A stretch of DNA of 63,186 nucleotides, the filler included, from Sphacelaria rigidula (lineage: Eukaryota): assembly GCA_964200075.2 (NCBI GenBank). It is 11 parts of 11 records of this genome, joined end to end, with 100 filler letters (N's around TTAATTAATTAA, not from the genome) between each part and the next. Parts side by side here need not be neighbours in the genome. Positions count along the whole stretch, not along the records: positions 46,028 to 51,680 come from CAXNAA020025533.1; positions 51,781 to 57,433 come from CAXNAA020025534.1; positions 57,534 to 63,186 come from CAXNAA020025535.1; 8 more parts are not named here. One strand, given 5' to 3'. Position numbers and translations under genes: made by a program. Of this stretch, positions 49,695 through 61,095 are shown in pieces. Positions within the stretch are counted from its first letter, which is position 1. Every line of letters starts with the position of its first letter. The notes below the pieces were generated by a model, which worked only from the letters and a program-made list of their open reading frames with translations, searched no databases and was not told the origin of the DNA.

Positions 49695-50969
49695 CCCTAA
49701 TCGTGCGAACCCTGAGATGCACGTGCAAGCCGGAAAGGGCGGCGCAAAAAGGTCACCAGTGCCGAGATTGCAGATGCTTGGGGAATTGTACGCTGAGCTG
49801 CGGTTGCCAGGGCCGCTGCTTTTTACCCCCACCCCCTGCCCCAGCGACCGGCGCTACTGGTACAGGTGATTCCGCCGGAGGATATGTCGATACATGCCGC
49901 CGACGTCGTAAGGGGAGGGGGGGGCGTACTCATTTGTTGCTTGCCTTAGTCATTTGACCATTGACCACGCATCCCTTTCGAGACGGAGCATAGGGGAGGG
50001 GTGGATCCACGGCGAACGGTGGAAGGGGCGGGTCAGCGGCGTTGCGTGGAGGGGGGCAGGCGAATGGAGCGAGGAAGGCCCTGGCGGCAGGTGTTGATAG
50101 TAGTCGTGGTGAGGAGTGCTTCCGACGAGATGGCGGGAGGATGGCGAGGGTAGCGGGAGGGGAATCGGATCCGGGACCAGATTCTACCAGTCGCAGTTGT
50201 TGCGACGGCGGTCTAGATAGTTCCACAGAGGGCGGATCGAAGGGCGGATCGAAGCATGCAGCCGGGAACTGGCTTGGAGATTTAGACTCCGAGTGTAGCG
50301 ACGCAGAGGTAGAGGAGTCGGCATCGGAAGCGGGGAAAGACCACGACGACGAATTCGCGTTTTGCTTGCACCTGTAGCGAAAGTCGTAAACATGTTTCTT
50401 GCAGATGAGTTGCGTAGGTATATAAGTAACCGTGGGAGTTATCTTCTGCAGACGGAAGTTATAACCCGTGCGTAGGGTTGATGGGGAAGTTGTAGAGTGC
50501 CTGATGCAGTGCGCCCTTGTGTGCCGACGTCGACGGCGGGCCGTCCGGCGACACCCTTGGGCGAGTCGCTGATTGTATCTCAAGATAATGCGTGATACTA
50601 ATGGCACGAACGACCAATAAAGCGAAAATTATTATCAAGACGTGGTGTTGCAGAGAACCTTATGGAATGCTGTGCAACACGACCACCACACGCGCGTGGA
50701 CTCCAGTCTTGAGGTGGCGTTCATAGCGCTCTGCACAGCGGGCAAACCGCCACGAATATTTGGTGTGATTGATAACAACCGATTGTGAAAATTGAGGACA
50801 ACGGTTTTCATTGATGATGATGAGTAGGTTTATTACAATCTGTATATGTGTGGACCAGTTTTTTTTTATATGCCTGCATTCCTTCACGTACCGATAGCTA
50901 TACCTATCACCAATTTCTACATACCATTCAAAATTGAAATGCAACAACCGAATTGTTGGGGTCCTATCA

Positions 50970-51170
50970 AGGGGCAGTTGAAAACAAAATCGGGACACGT
51001 AGCCCCCCCCCCTCCCGGAGGGCATTTTTTCGAAAATTGTCATGATTTTTTCGATTTTTTTTCGTCAACTTTTTCGCAAAAAATTGATCAATAACCACTG
51101 TTTTGATTATTTCTGTTGATTTTGTCGCAAGAAATTGATCAATGAACATTGACAAAATCCGAAACGTTTG
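50970..51170 (+). mobile_element. Probable TIR element end (AGGGGCAGTTGAAAAC..., Harbinger-like)
   Basis: GGGG start followed by a C-run and an AT-rich subterminal region. Partner end not seen. Confidence 0.3.
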
Positions 51171-51209
51171 GTGGGTGGGCTTTGCGGGGTGTATGTTTGC
51201 TTCTGCTCC

Positions 51210-51600
51210 TTTACATATCTATATATAGTATATAATATGAGGATCGTATATATTTTAGCACATACATTTTTATATATAAATATATGATATAGTATATACT
51301 GCCGCTTGATTAATATTTACACACATAAATATATTACATATCAAATATATTGTATATAATATAAACAATATAGTATATATTATTGAGAAGAATATGTATA
51401 ATATAGACCAATAATAGAAAATAATAATAAATTAACTAATTAATTAAAGATTGTTCGAGGATGGATGGTTGGATGGTTGATTTCATTTTTTGAACAAGGG
51501 AAAGACAATAATAGACCTATGTTATATGATGTATAATATATGAAATATACTATATGAAATGTAACATACGCTATCTGATATATGAAATATACTATAACAG
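51210..51600. repeat. AT-rich low-complexity tract
   Basis: Degenerate (TA)n/(AAT)n. Confidence 0.85.
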
Positions 51601-51919
51601 CAAATTGTGCGAATTGAGGTTTAACTTTGAGATGAGGCTCAAGCCTAAAACAGTGTTTTCCCCACACTTTCAGCGATGGTNNNNNNNNNNNNNNNNNNNN
51701 NNNNNNNNNNNNNNNNNNNNNNNNTTAATTAATTAANNNNNNNNNNNNNNNNNNNNNNNNNNNNNNNNNNNNNNNNNNNNAAAAAAAAAAAAAAAAAAAA
51801 AAAAAAAACAACACAAAAACACACACCAAACAGACGGCGGCGGGGGGGGGGGGGGGGGGGGGGGGGCTCCCTGTCCGAAAGTTTTCTCTCGCCAGACCCG
51901 TGTGTTCGGGTCATTTTTT

Positions 51920-52225
51920 CGAGCCTCCACAGGAATTAAACTCCTCCAGAGGGTGCGCGGCCCTCCAGAGGGATGGTATCAAACGCCTCCAGAGGCTTGT
52001 TTTGCCTCTGGAGAGCCGCGCTTTCCTCCGGAGGACTTTGGAGGATGCGCTGCCCTCCGGAGCACCATCGTTTTTGTTACTCTCGAGGGATTCAGACTTC
52101 AGAAGTCACTGGAGGTCGTTTATGACCGCACTTGGGGATGAAATACCCTCTAGAGGGTATTTTACCCTCGAGAGGATGAAAATTGCGATAAGGATTTTAT
52201 GAGGCAAGCCGAATAACCGCGTGTG
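51920..52225. mobile_element. CMC-like MITE relative with CCTCCRGAGG repeats
   Basis: Reverse-complement similarity to 60427-60758, ending ...CCGCGTGTG. Confidence 0.65.
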
Positions 52226-52229
52226 TAAG

Positions 52230-53100
52230 CAGGTGTGGCTACTCGTAGGTGCACCGAACGAATGCGGTGTACGCGCGTGTCGATGAGGATACCACGAGGG
52301 AGAGGAGCAACGGCGGAGAAGAAGCTCCTCGCCCGTGTCCTTTGTGTGTCCTCGTTCGGCGATTCCCAATCGCTCCAGAGATAGAGACATCATGTTACCA
52401 TCACATGCTCATGGTGCCATGTGTCGGCAGGCGGGTTGTTGTAGTACAACCCCGGAAACAAAATCGCGATGCCCACGGTCGTCGGCTCCTGTCTGCGGCG
52501 CTGACCAATGCAAAGATCGATTCCTCTCTGCCTCTCTGCTTGGACAGGGCGTTTCTCTGTGCGCAGAAGCACACGTCGTCGAGAAAACAGCCGATTTCAA
52601 ATTCTGACGTTGAACACAAAATGGGGTTTAACCCCAATTCGAAAACTCGAGAATCCACGCCAGAGAGTATCACCATGGGAGAGCATTTTCGTGAGCAAAG
52701 TTTCTGTTGCAGTTACGCCGGTGTGGTTAGGTGTACCAAATGAACGCCGTGCACACGCGTGTCGATGATGATATCACCAGAGGAGCAACGGCGGAGAGGA
52801 AGCTCCTTACCGGTGTCCTTCGTGTGTCCTCGTTCGGCAATTTCCAATCGCTGTAGAGATTGGCATCATGTTAAAGTACCAGCACATACCCAGGTTGCCA
52901 TGTGTGGGCAAGCGGGTCATTGTAGCACAGCCTCGGAAACAAGATCGCGGAATGTCCCGGTTGTCGTCTCCCGTCTGTGGCGCTGACCAATGAGAAGATC
53001 GATTTCTCCCTGCCTCTCTGCTTGGACAGGAAGTGCCTCTGTGCGCAGTAGAACACGTCGTCGGAAAGCAGAGTGATGCTCCCGTCACCGCTACTGTTCT
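52230..53100 (+). repeat. Two tandem diverged copies (period about 500 bp) of a dispersed repeat
   Basis: GTAGGTGCACCGAA..CGCGTGTCGATGA..GAGCAACGGCGGAGA..CTCTCTGCTTGGACAGG occurs twice. Third copy at 17395-17740. Confidence 0.85.
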
Positions 53101-53589
53101 TACAGACACACATGCGAGAACGGACGGCTGCGCCGTTGCGGCAAGGTCTAATAATCGGAAGCTCGGGGGTGTTAGTGCAGTCGTTGATGTCACCCGACGT
53201 CTACGAAACAAGGACAACAGCCAGTCTGCCACATCCCAGTTGGGAGGATGGATGCATGAGAGATCAAACACTCGTGTAGACGTCCTCTGCACCATTCTGG
53301 GGATGAACTCGTCCCCCAGGACACCCCAACCTCGCGAACGGGGCGCCGGGATATCGGTTGGTGACCGCTACGCAATGGCGGCGGAGATTACGATGGCCAT
53401 GCGGTCCCATGGCAAAGGTGTGAAATACGGCCACTTTCGGACCGACCGATTTTTTGCTGGTCGTTCGGCCGCATGGTTCAAGCCCTGGCTGAAAAAACAA
53501 AACATGCTTTTTACTCGAAAAACACTGAAGATTTCAACAAAAAAACAAACAGATCGGACACGGTTAAGGGCTCGTACAAATCTCCGTAC

Positions 53590-56500
53590 CCGAACTTATG
53601 AGGCAGACAGAGGGAGTATGGGATAATCACCCAATAAACGGGCATTTCAACTTGTAGGTTTCCCACACGAAGGGGCGCTGTGGGCCGGCGATCTAAAAGA
53701 ACGACGCCATAATCATCCATGTGAAGCATACCTTTTCGCGATAGTTCAGTAACTCCATCCTGTGTGGGGGCTTTGTGGTTCTCAACCGGCAAGATGGATT
53801 CAGTTTCTGAAAAAAGAGACGGGCTTCCTTTGGATAGATAATGCATAGCCGCTCTACAAGAAGGTTCAGCTTGGTGTTCTTTGGCCCAATCGGCGCGGGA
53901 GAAGAGGGCCAAGTGTTCCTAAAGTACACTATCTGACGGTTTGTCCAAATGTAGGGGTTCGGGTCACGGCTGAGTTGACTCGAAACAAGGTTATTTGGCT
54001 CAGGGATAGGGCGATCAGTTAGTGCATCCTCAAGCGGAACGCTGTCCTTGACTCCTACGTCGACTAGCGTACCAGATGATGTGGCATCGGTGGTGACACC
54101 ACCACCGGAAAAGGAGGCCACAGCCGAGACTTCGGCTATGGGGGGCAGGGGTGCCGTGGATGGGGTCGATCTTCTGGGGCCTTGCACCGCGGTGGGTGAG
54201 GGGGCGCAAGGAAACTACCGGGTAGCGGGATGGTATCGAGATGGGAAGGTCCGGGCCAGAGGCCGCCGGGTGGCGACCGTCTCGGTGGCCCATCGCCCTC
54301 GGGTTTACTCGAGATGAGATCTCGAACTTGAACCGGGGGGACGAAGTCACTACAAGACGGGTCTACATGCACCGCACGAACCATTCGATGACCAGTTGCA
54401 CGAAATCGATCATATTCCCTCGTGTTTGTACTCGTTCCATTCCAGACTGAACACAACGATCGTGGTGGCATACTGCCTAGTGCATAAACGTGAGCGGTAG
54501 CTGTCAGCCCACCAATGCCAAGTGCCGAGTTGTGACTCAGTGAGAGTGGCTTGTAGAGTCCGCTATCACCGTTCCTGCTACTATAAAATACAATGCCTTC
54601 GGTGGGATTCATGATGCGTCCCAAGGCGGAACTGTCAATGGGTTGAGCCGGTATGGGCAAGCGAGAGAGAAAATCAGCGTTTGCGTTTTGAGGTCCTCTT
54701 CGGTACTTAAACGTGAAGTTGTAAGGCGACAGGATTCCAAACCACCGTTGAACCCGGGCGTTGTGTTCCGTCATTTTGGCCAGATTTACCAAAGACATAT
54801 GATCTGTATAAATCACAAACGGAATATCATACAAGTACTGATGGAGTCGTCGCACCCCCCAAACAATTGCGCCCGCCTCTTGCTCCATGGCCAACCAGTT
54901 CTGTTCATTTGGGTAGGTGATTCGATCCAGATATACAATGAGGCGAACATCAGTCTCTGTTTGTTTCTGTTCCAACGTGCAGCCGAACCCAACTTTGGAG
55001 GAATCTGTGTGAAGTCGGAACGAATGTGAGACATTTTCAGCGGCTGACGAGTCCGGGAAAACCAGGATTGTTGGTCACGAAAGTTGATTAATTGTTTTCG
55101 CACTTACACTGACCACCAATGGGTCCAGCCGTGGTCACATGATGGACGTATCCGATTAAAGAAAAGCTGAAACACTCGCCAAAGAAAGAAGGAACAGAAA
55201 AAAATCGAATAGAACGACATAGTAGACTAAGACGTTAAACAAAAGAAAAGAAGAAACAAAAGCAAAGCACAGAAAGAGATAGCCGACCTAAAAACAAAAT
55301 GAAAAAAACAGTTCAAAAGTAAAAAGCCCAAGGGATTCAGGGCAGCAGAGTAGATACAGGCACACATCAGTGGGCCCGCAGAGCCACCAACTAAGGACAT
55401 AATCAACAATCGATATGAGTAGACGGGATTCTTCGATTGGCGGCCCTCGACGCAGCAGCCTCTCACTTGTGACGGCAGCCTGATTCTCGTTTGTCCGCGC
55501 GTCGCCACGTGTCCTCAAACGTTTCCGCTCCTTTTTCGACTCCACTATGCCATTTGCCCATGTTCTTCGCCGCAGCGACTCAATCGTATGCATTCTTAAC
55601 TTCTACACCGTAGACGAGCCACTTTCGTCGGGATCCTTTGTACGGGACAGCCCATAGCGCAGGAGGTTCTCCTTTAGGATATCCTCCCATTGCTTGGAGG
55701 GGGGCGGCCGGCCTCCTTAGGTCCTCGTGTAGAAAGCCGGCCGTTCATGACGCGTTTAGGCAGGCGTGTGTCCTTCTGCCGGACAAGGGCTCCCGCGAAC
55801 CAGAGTTGGTGTTTGCGGATAGTCGTCTCGATACATTTGCAGTTGGTCATCTTGAGCACCGCTCTGTACGAAAGAATCTTGAAGCCATTTCGATCTTTCC
55901 TGCGGAATCCAACCACTCGCAGCAAGAGCTTGTGATGGGCAGTCCACAGACTGTGGAAGTCGTCAGAACGTGGCATCGACGTGACACATCCATACAGCAG
56001 AGCTTTGACCACCTTCGTTTGAAGCAGTCGAACTTTCAGGGATAGCTTGGCGTTGGGTCGGTCGTAGGATTGGGAGCCATATTTTCGGATACGCGCCCAC
56101 GCAAAGTGTGTCAAGAAATTGACGTACAGTTTCCCCATTCCCGACGTAAACACGATTTCCACTCTTTTTTTAGAAGGGATGTGAGGGGTTTTAGGGTTCG
56201 GGCTAGGTTCGGCAAATACTGTCGGTGGTAGCTCAAACCACCGAGCAAGGAGCGCAGTTGAAACGTATCCCGTGGCATGGGCATATCGATAAGTGCGGCA
56301 ACCTTGTTGAGGTTTGGGCTACGACCTTCAGGAGTGATGCAGTGGCCTAGAATTTCGCTAGTAGTCGCTGCAATGCGGAATTTGAACGGGGCGAGTTTCA
56401 AGTTGCGTTGTTCGAAGCGAGCGAAGAAAGACGCCTAGTGTTCGACGTGTTCGGAAGGTGTGCTTCCATGTATTACCGCGTCGTCGAGGTACATATGACA

Positions 56501-57433
56501 CTTGGACTACCCATCAGTCACACGAAATATCACGCGTTGAAACGCTCTAGGGGCGTCGGCGGCACCTTGTGATGTTACGAACCGTTCGTACAGGCCTGAC
56601 CGTGTACAAAAAACCGCCAGTTCTATAGATTGCGGGTCCCTCACAAGCTGGTGGTAGCCGGACTGCATGTCAAATTTCGAAAATACTTTACCCGGGGAAG
56701 AGGTAGACGTGCGATTTTGGTGACTGCGTTCAATCGCTGGTGAGTGACCATTAGTCTGATCTTTCCGTTCTTCTCCCGAACGACAACTAGAGGCGAGGTC
56801 CACTGGGACGTCAGTTGTTGTATTAAACCGGCGGATGAGTACCCGTCGAGGATTACCCGAGTTTTGTCCTCTTAGAGGGGATTTGTACGGTACGGACGCG
56901 TGACGATAGGTGGCGTGCCATCGTGGATTTCGATCTTGAACGGTGTAGCGTTGCAGCGGCCTAGATCACGGGGCGACTCGGAGAACCGTTGAGAATACAT
57001 TATAAAAATGGAGCGCAGCCTACCGATCACCGTGGGTGTCCAACCCTCACTAGATAAGTCAAAGGCAATGTATCGCAAATGTGGTGGGATATCGTTCCAT
57101 AATCGTTGAAAACTAACACGCTGCTCTGACGATAATCTATCTAGTGATGGATTCGGGGGGGTTGGATCAGGCGCATTAGACATTTCGTCCACTACCAGAG
57201 GATCATCCTTGTCTAACGGCGGAGAGTCCGTTTTTGTCGAGTTATATGGCGACGATTTTGGTCCTGTCGTCAGACACACGTTTGACAAGGCTGTCCGTAG
57301 AAGTGGCGCCTGAGCAAAGCCCAACAGAGTCATCCTCCGATAGGGGGGGGGGGTATTTCGGGCCATTTGTTGCTCGAAATTTCGAGTCAAATCGTCGTTG
57401 AAAGCAGCAACGATTGTTCGAACAAGCTTGTTG
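53590..57433 (-). mobile_element. Ty3/Gypsy LTR retrotransposon pol (RT, RNase H, pre-integrase), degenerate
   Basis: PIVTRPYR, FSKFDMQSGYHQL, MYLDD (56480-56491), ILGHCIT, LRSLLGGLSY, HTDSS..GFGCTLEQ, EAGAIVWGVRR..FVIYTDH and NANADFLSR. Several frameshifts. Confidence 0.93.
55090..56105 (-). mobile_element. 5'-truncated RTE-like LINE nested in the Gypsy pol
   Basis: AWARIRKY..LSLKVRLL..ALLYGC..HHKLLLRVVGFRRKDR..QLWFAGALVRQKDTRLPKRVMNGRL, followed by about 550 bp of 3' UTR. Confidence 0.88.
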
Positions 57434-57837
57434 NNNNNNNNNNNNNNNNNNNNNNNNNNNNNNNNNNNNNNNNNNNNTTAATTAATTAANNNNNNNNNNN
57501 NNNNNNNNNNNNNNNNNNNNNNNNNNNNNNNNNCGACAGGTGATCACAGCTTTTTTTTTCAACAAGCTCGTTCACGTTGACATCGGATCCCTCCCAATTT
57601 ATGAGAAAAAAGGAAAAAAAAAAACAGAATTTTTGGGGAGGGTCTACCGAATGAAAATCCCCAAATCTACCATTTCTGAGGCCTAGTGGTTGCTCGAAAG
57701 AGGCACAAAAAGTTCACCGCGGATGAAAAAAATTGCCGCTGGACATTCATTCCGCTATTATTGTGCATGCGCCTGAGGTGCGCGAACCGGGCGTGTATTG
57801 CCAGCGCTGAAAACAAGACCCGCAAATTGGTTGTCTT

Positions 57838-58182
57838 CCCATCTATTCTGGACGCCGGTCTACACCTTTTGGTATATGTGGGCGCGCCAGCCGGGGTCAC
57901 ACAGGAGGAAGGTCAACACAGAAGCTTTTTTCTCTTTCGTTTGTTTTTAGTACCCCACCTTCCTTCTGCGGTGCTCGCCTCTATTTCTTTTTCGCGAGAG
58001 GGGTTCAGCACTCCCTTTCCCTCGTCGACCGTTAAGTCGAATTTTATGTACCCATGACAACGTCGCTCTCCACCGTTGGGCATGGTGTGAGAAAAAATCC
58101 TAGATCGCTCCGAGATTTGAACCCACAACCCAACCGGTCAGAAGGCGTCGAGGTTACCAACTAAGCCACCGGGGCGACCGGC
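57838..58182 (-). mobile_element. tRNA-derived SINE, copy 2 (uninterrupted, about 345 bp)
   Basis: A box TGGCTTAGTTGG and B box GGTTCAAATC. Collinear with copy 1. Confidence 0.88.
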
Positions 58183-58234
58183 AATCCTACCCGTGGAATT
58201 TGGTCACTCAAGACACGACACTCACTCACTTACA

Positions 58235-58235
<1 letters not shown>

Positions 58236-58274
<39 letters not shown>
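58236..58274. repeat. (CA)n microsatellite
   Basis: About 19 CA units. Confidence 0.95.
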
Positions 58275-58277
<3 letters not shown>

Positions 58278-58325
58278 CGCACTTGTCTTCCCCCGCCATT
58301 CTTCGGTGAAACCGGAAAAACGCAG

Positions 58326-58480
58326 AATGAAAACGGAAGGGCGAAGCTCGTGGGATCTGATTGGACTCTGGAGACCGGCGGCGAGCAATTGGATGGGGCC
58401 ATCGTTGAGTTGCTGAACGAGGAGTTTAAGAAGGCCAACGGGGGCATGAGCCTCATGGAAGACCCGATGGCACTTACTCG
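58326..58480 (+). CDS. Hsp70-family protein, single internal exon
   Basis: cgcag|..GGEQLDGAIVELLNEEFKKANGGMSLMEDPMALTR|gtgag resembles Hsp70 GGEDFD..EFKK..DL..D..AL.RL. Confidence 0.75.
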
Positions 58481-58954
58481 GTGAGACTATTTGAACAGGT
58501 GGACGTGCTGTACGTAGGAGTCGTGGTATCCGAATGTTTCAACAATGTTGCACCATCGCCACGGACATACCTATTGCCGTTTGCTCCCGCGCGATGATGA
58601 CTGTGTCATGCCGCTTCGGAGGCCCGACTGCTTGAATTCCGTGATTTTGAATGTTTCAGCACTCTGCGTACGCCTTGTGTGTCTCGCGGAACATGCACTG
58701 TAGCAGTCTGTCTCATCGCCGTAGAAGTTAATACCATGGCGTACAAGGAGCGCGTACAACGATTCGTTTTTTGCGAACCAAACAGATCAAGCAGCTGGAG
58801 AGCCAGCTATTCACAGAGCTTCCCTTGTGTGCCGACCGAGTACGTCGCCACGACCGTAGAGCTCGGAATATTTTTGTCAAACACGTTTTCTGAAACCGCA
58901 CTCTAGCGCCGGTGTTATCTATCTGTCCTGTCTGTGATGTGTGGTGTTGTCATC

Positions 58955-59290
58955 TCCTCTATTCCTGATGCCAGTGTACACCTTTGGGTATGTGTGGCGC
59001 ATCAGCAGGGGTCACACCGCTTTTTTTTTTTTTCAAATCTTCGTTTTAGCGCTCTCCTTTCTTCCTTCCTTCTGCGATGCTTGCCTTGCCCTATAGTCAT
59101 GACAACTGTTCAGTGCTTCCCCCTTCCCTCGTCGACCGTGAAGTCGAAAGTTGTCTACTCACGACATGGTCGCTCTCCAGTGTTGGGTATGACGTGAAAA
59201 AAGATCGCAGGTCGTGCGACTTCACCGAGACCCGGACCCACGGCTCAACCGTCAGAAGATTCCGAGGTTACGAAATGAACTACAGGAGCT
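58955..59290 (-). mobile_element. tRNA-derived SINE, copy 3 (diverged)
   Basis: CCCTCGTCGACCGTGAAGTCGAA..GTCGCTCTCCAGTGTTGGG..GTCAGAAG..CGAGGTTAC. Confidence 0.75.
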
Positions 59291-60344
59291 ATCCTGCTTT
59301 CTTGCATTTTGCCCTTTTTTTTTTTTTTCTCCGCACATGGGGGGAGATTTTTTTCTAGTCGAGCAGATCGACGGTACCAGCGGAGACGTGTTCTAAAGAA
59401 TGATATATACACACACTCATGCCTGCATGTTTAATCTGCCCTGATCTGCTCTGTGACGACGGTACAGCGAAGTCGTCAGTCTCTGTTTGCGAGCTCCACC
59501 TTCCATAACAACAGATATCATATTTTTTTCTGTGGATAACTCCCGACTCGTTATACGTTGTTACCCCTCCATCGTAGAAACCCGTGGTTGGGCGCAATGT
59601 CGGACGTTTGTTTTAACGGAATTCCGAGTATATATATATATATCTACATGTATCATTTCGCATTTTTCACCACTTTTGCCGAGTTTTCTCTGGCTGAAAG
59701 GTATCTTAGCCTGCGCTTTGTCTGCGGTGCACGAGGGAGGGTCAGCGGTACATTACACTTCAGGTTTGGGTGTCATTTGATACCTGAGGCGCGTGGTCTG
59801 GCCGACGACAGTCGCCCACACTGGCTCTTTTTCGCGGGGTGTCGATCCCGAACCACAAAAGCCTCCTCGAGATCGTGAAAAACTCTCAAGGAGAACCCGA
59901 ACCGAAGCAGCGTGTTCATGGCGGGACATTTCTTAATCACAAACACAAGTCGGAACATCTGAAATTCCTCCCTCTTTAGTTTTGACATGAAGCGTCTAAT
60001 ACCGTCATATCTAGGTCATGTGGGTCCCAGTTGTGCGAACTCATCAGTTCACAAAAGCATGTTTAAGAACATTGATGAGAAAAAGTTGGAAGAGGATATC
60101 GGTGTTCATCTTTCCACCGCGAGGGCAGGTCACCTGCTGAATCGGCATCAATATTCACTTGAAAAGAATATGCGTGATTGAGATGCAGTACCGTCGCCGC
60201 GTTCCAAGGGTTCGTACACTCATGCGAACCGAACAGCCTTTATCGTTCTACGTTGAGGCCTCACGGGTCCTGTCCATTGGAAACTTATGACCGCGAGGAA
60301 AATTCCTCGGGTGTCGACTAGGTTGTATTGTTATGTTTGTAGCG

Positions 60345-60953
60345 TGCCATTTATTCTGGTAGCCAGTCTATACCTTTCGGTATGTGTACGCGCACCAGCC
60401 GTGGCAGGTGGTCGCACAGGAGGAAGCACACGCGGCCATTTGGCTAACCCCCAAAATGCCTCCGGAGGGATGTGGGGCCCTCCAGGGGGAAAACAAACCT
60501 TCCGAGGCCTTCAATCCCTCTGGAGGAAACTACACTTTACCGACCTGGAGGGCCGCGCACCCCTCCGGAGGAATCTGGGGGTATGCGCGGCCCTCCAGAG
60601 GCAAAAATAAACCTCCGGAGGCGTTTAATCCTCTGGAGGAAACCAAAAAATCTCCTCTGGAGGGCCGCGCACCCCTCCGGAGGCGTTAAATTATTCTGGA
60701 GGCTCGAAACGTTTACCCACCCGGAGGAATTTAGGAGGTTGTCAAATGGCCGCATGTGAGGTCAACACATGAGCTTTTTTTTTTATTTGTACTTAGTAGT
60801 TTATCTTCCTTTTACGTACCCACGACATAGTCGCTCTCCACTGTTGGGCATGGTGTGAGGAGAAATCCCAGATTGCTCCGAGATTTGAACCCACGACCCA
60901 ACATTCAGAAGGTTTCGAGGTTACAGTACCAAGTGAGCGACTGGGGCGACCGG
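60345..60953 (-). mobile_element. tRNA-derived SINE, copy 4 (interrupted by a MITE)
   Basis: 3' part at 60345-60426 and 5' part at 60759-60953. Confidence 0.8.
60427..60758. mobile_element. 332-bp CMC(CACTA/EnSpm)-like MITE
   Basis: TIR CACACGCGGCCATTTG / CAAATGGCCGCATGTG. 2-bp TSD AG, deduced from the empty site GGAGGAAGGTCAAC in SINE copy 2. Many palindromic CCTCCGGAGG-type subterminal repeats. Confidence 0.85.
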
Positions 60954-61020
60954 CACTGCATATGGACATTTCGAGAGCTGTCTTTGTACCTTGGCAGTCA
61001 CAGTACAGTGTTTTGAACAA

Positions 61021-61095
61021 GTCCTGCATGCAGCTGCTGTATTAGAGACTGACTGCATGCAGCTGCTGTATTAAAGACATAGTCCTGCATACAGC
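61021..61095. repeat. Short tandem repeat of about 28 bp (CTGCATGCAGCTGCTGTATTA)
   Basis: About 2.5 copies. Confidence 0.75.

Noticed and set aside
58095..58182. tRNA gene
   Set aside because: It has A/B boxes but no convincing cloverleaf and is fused to a repeated non-tRNA body, so it is a SINE head.
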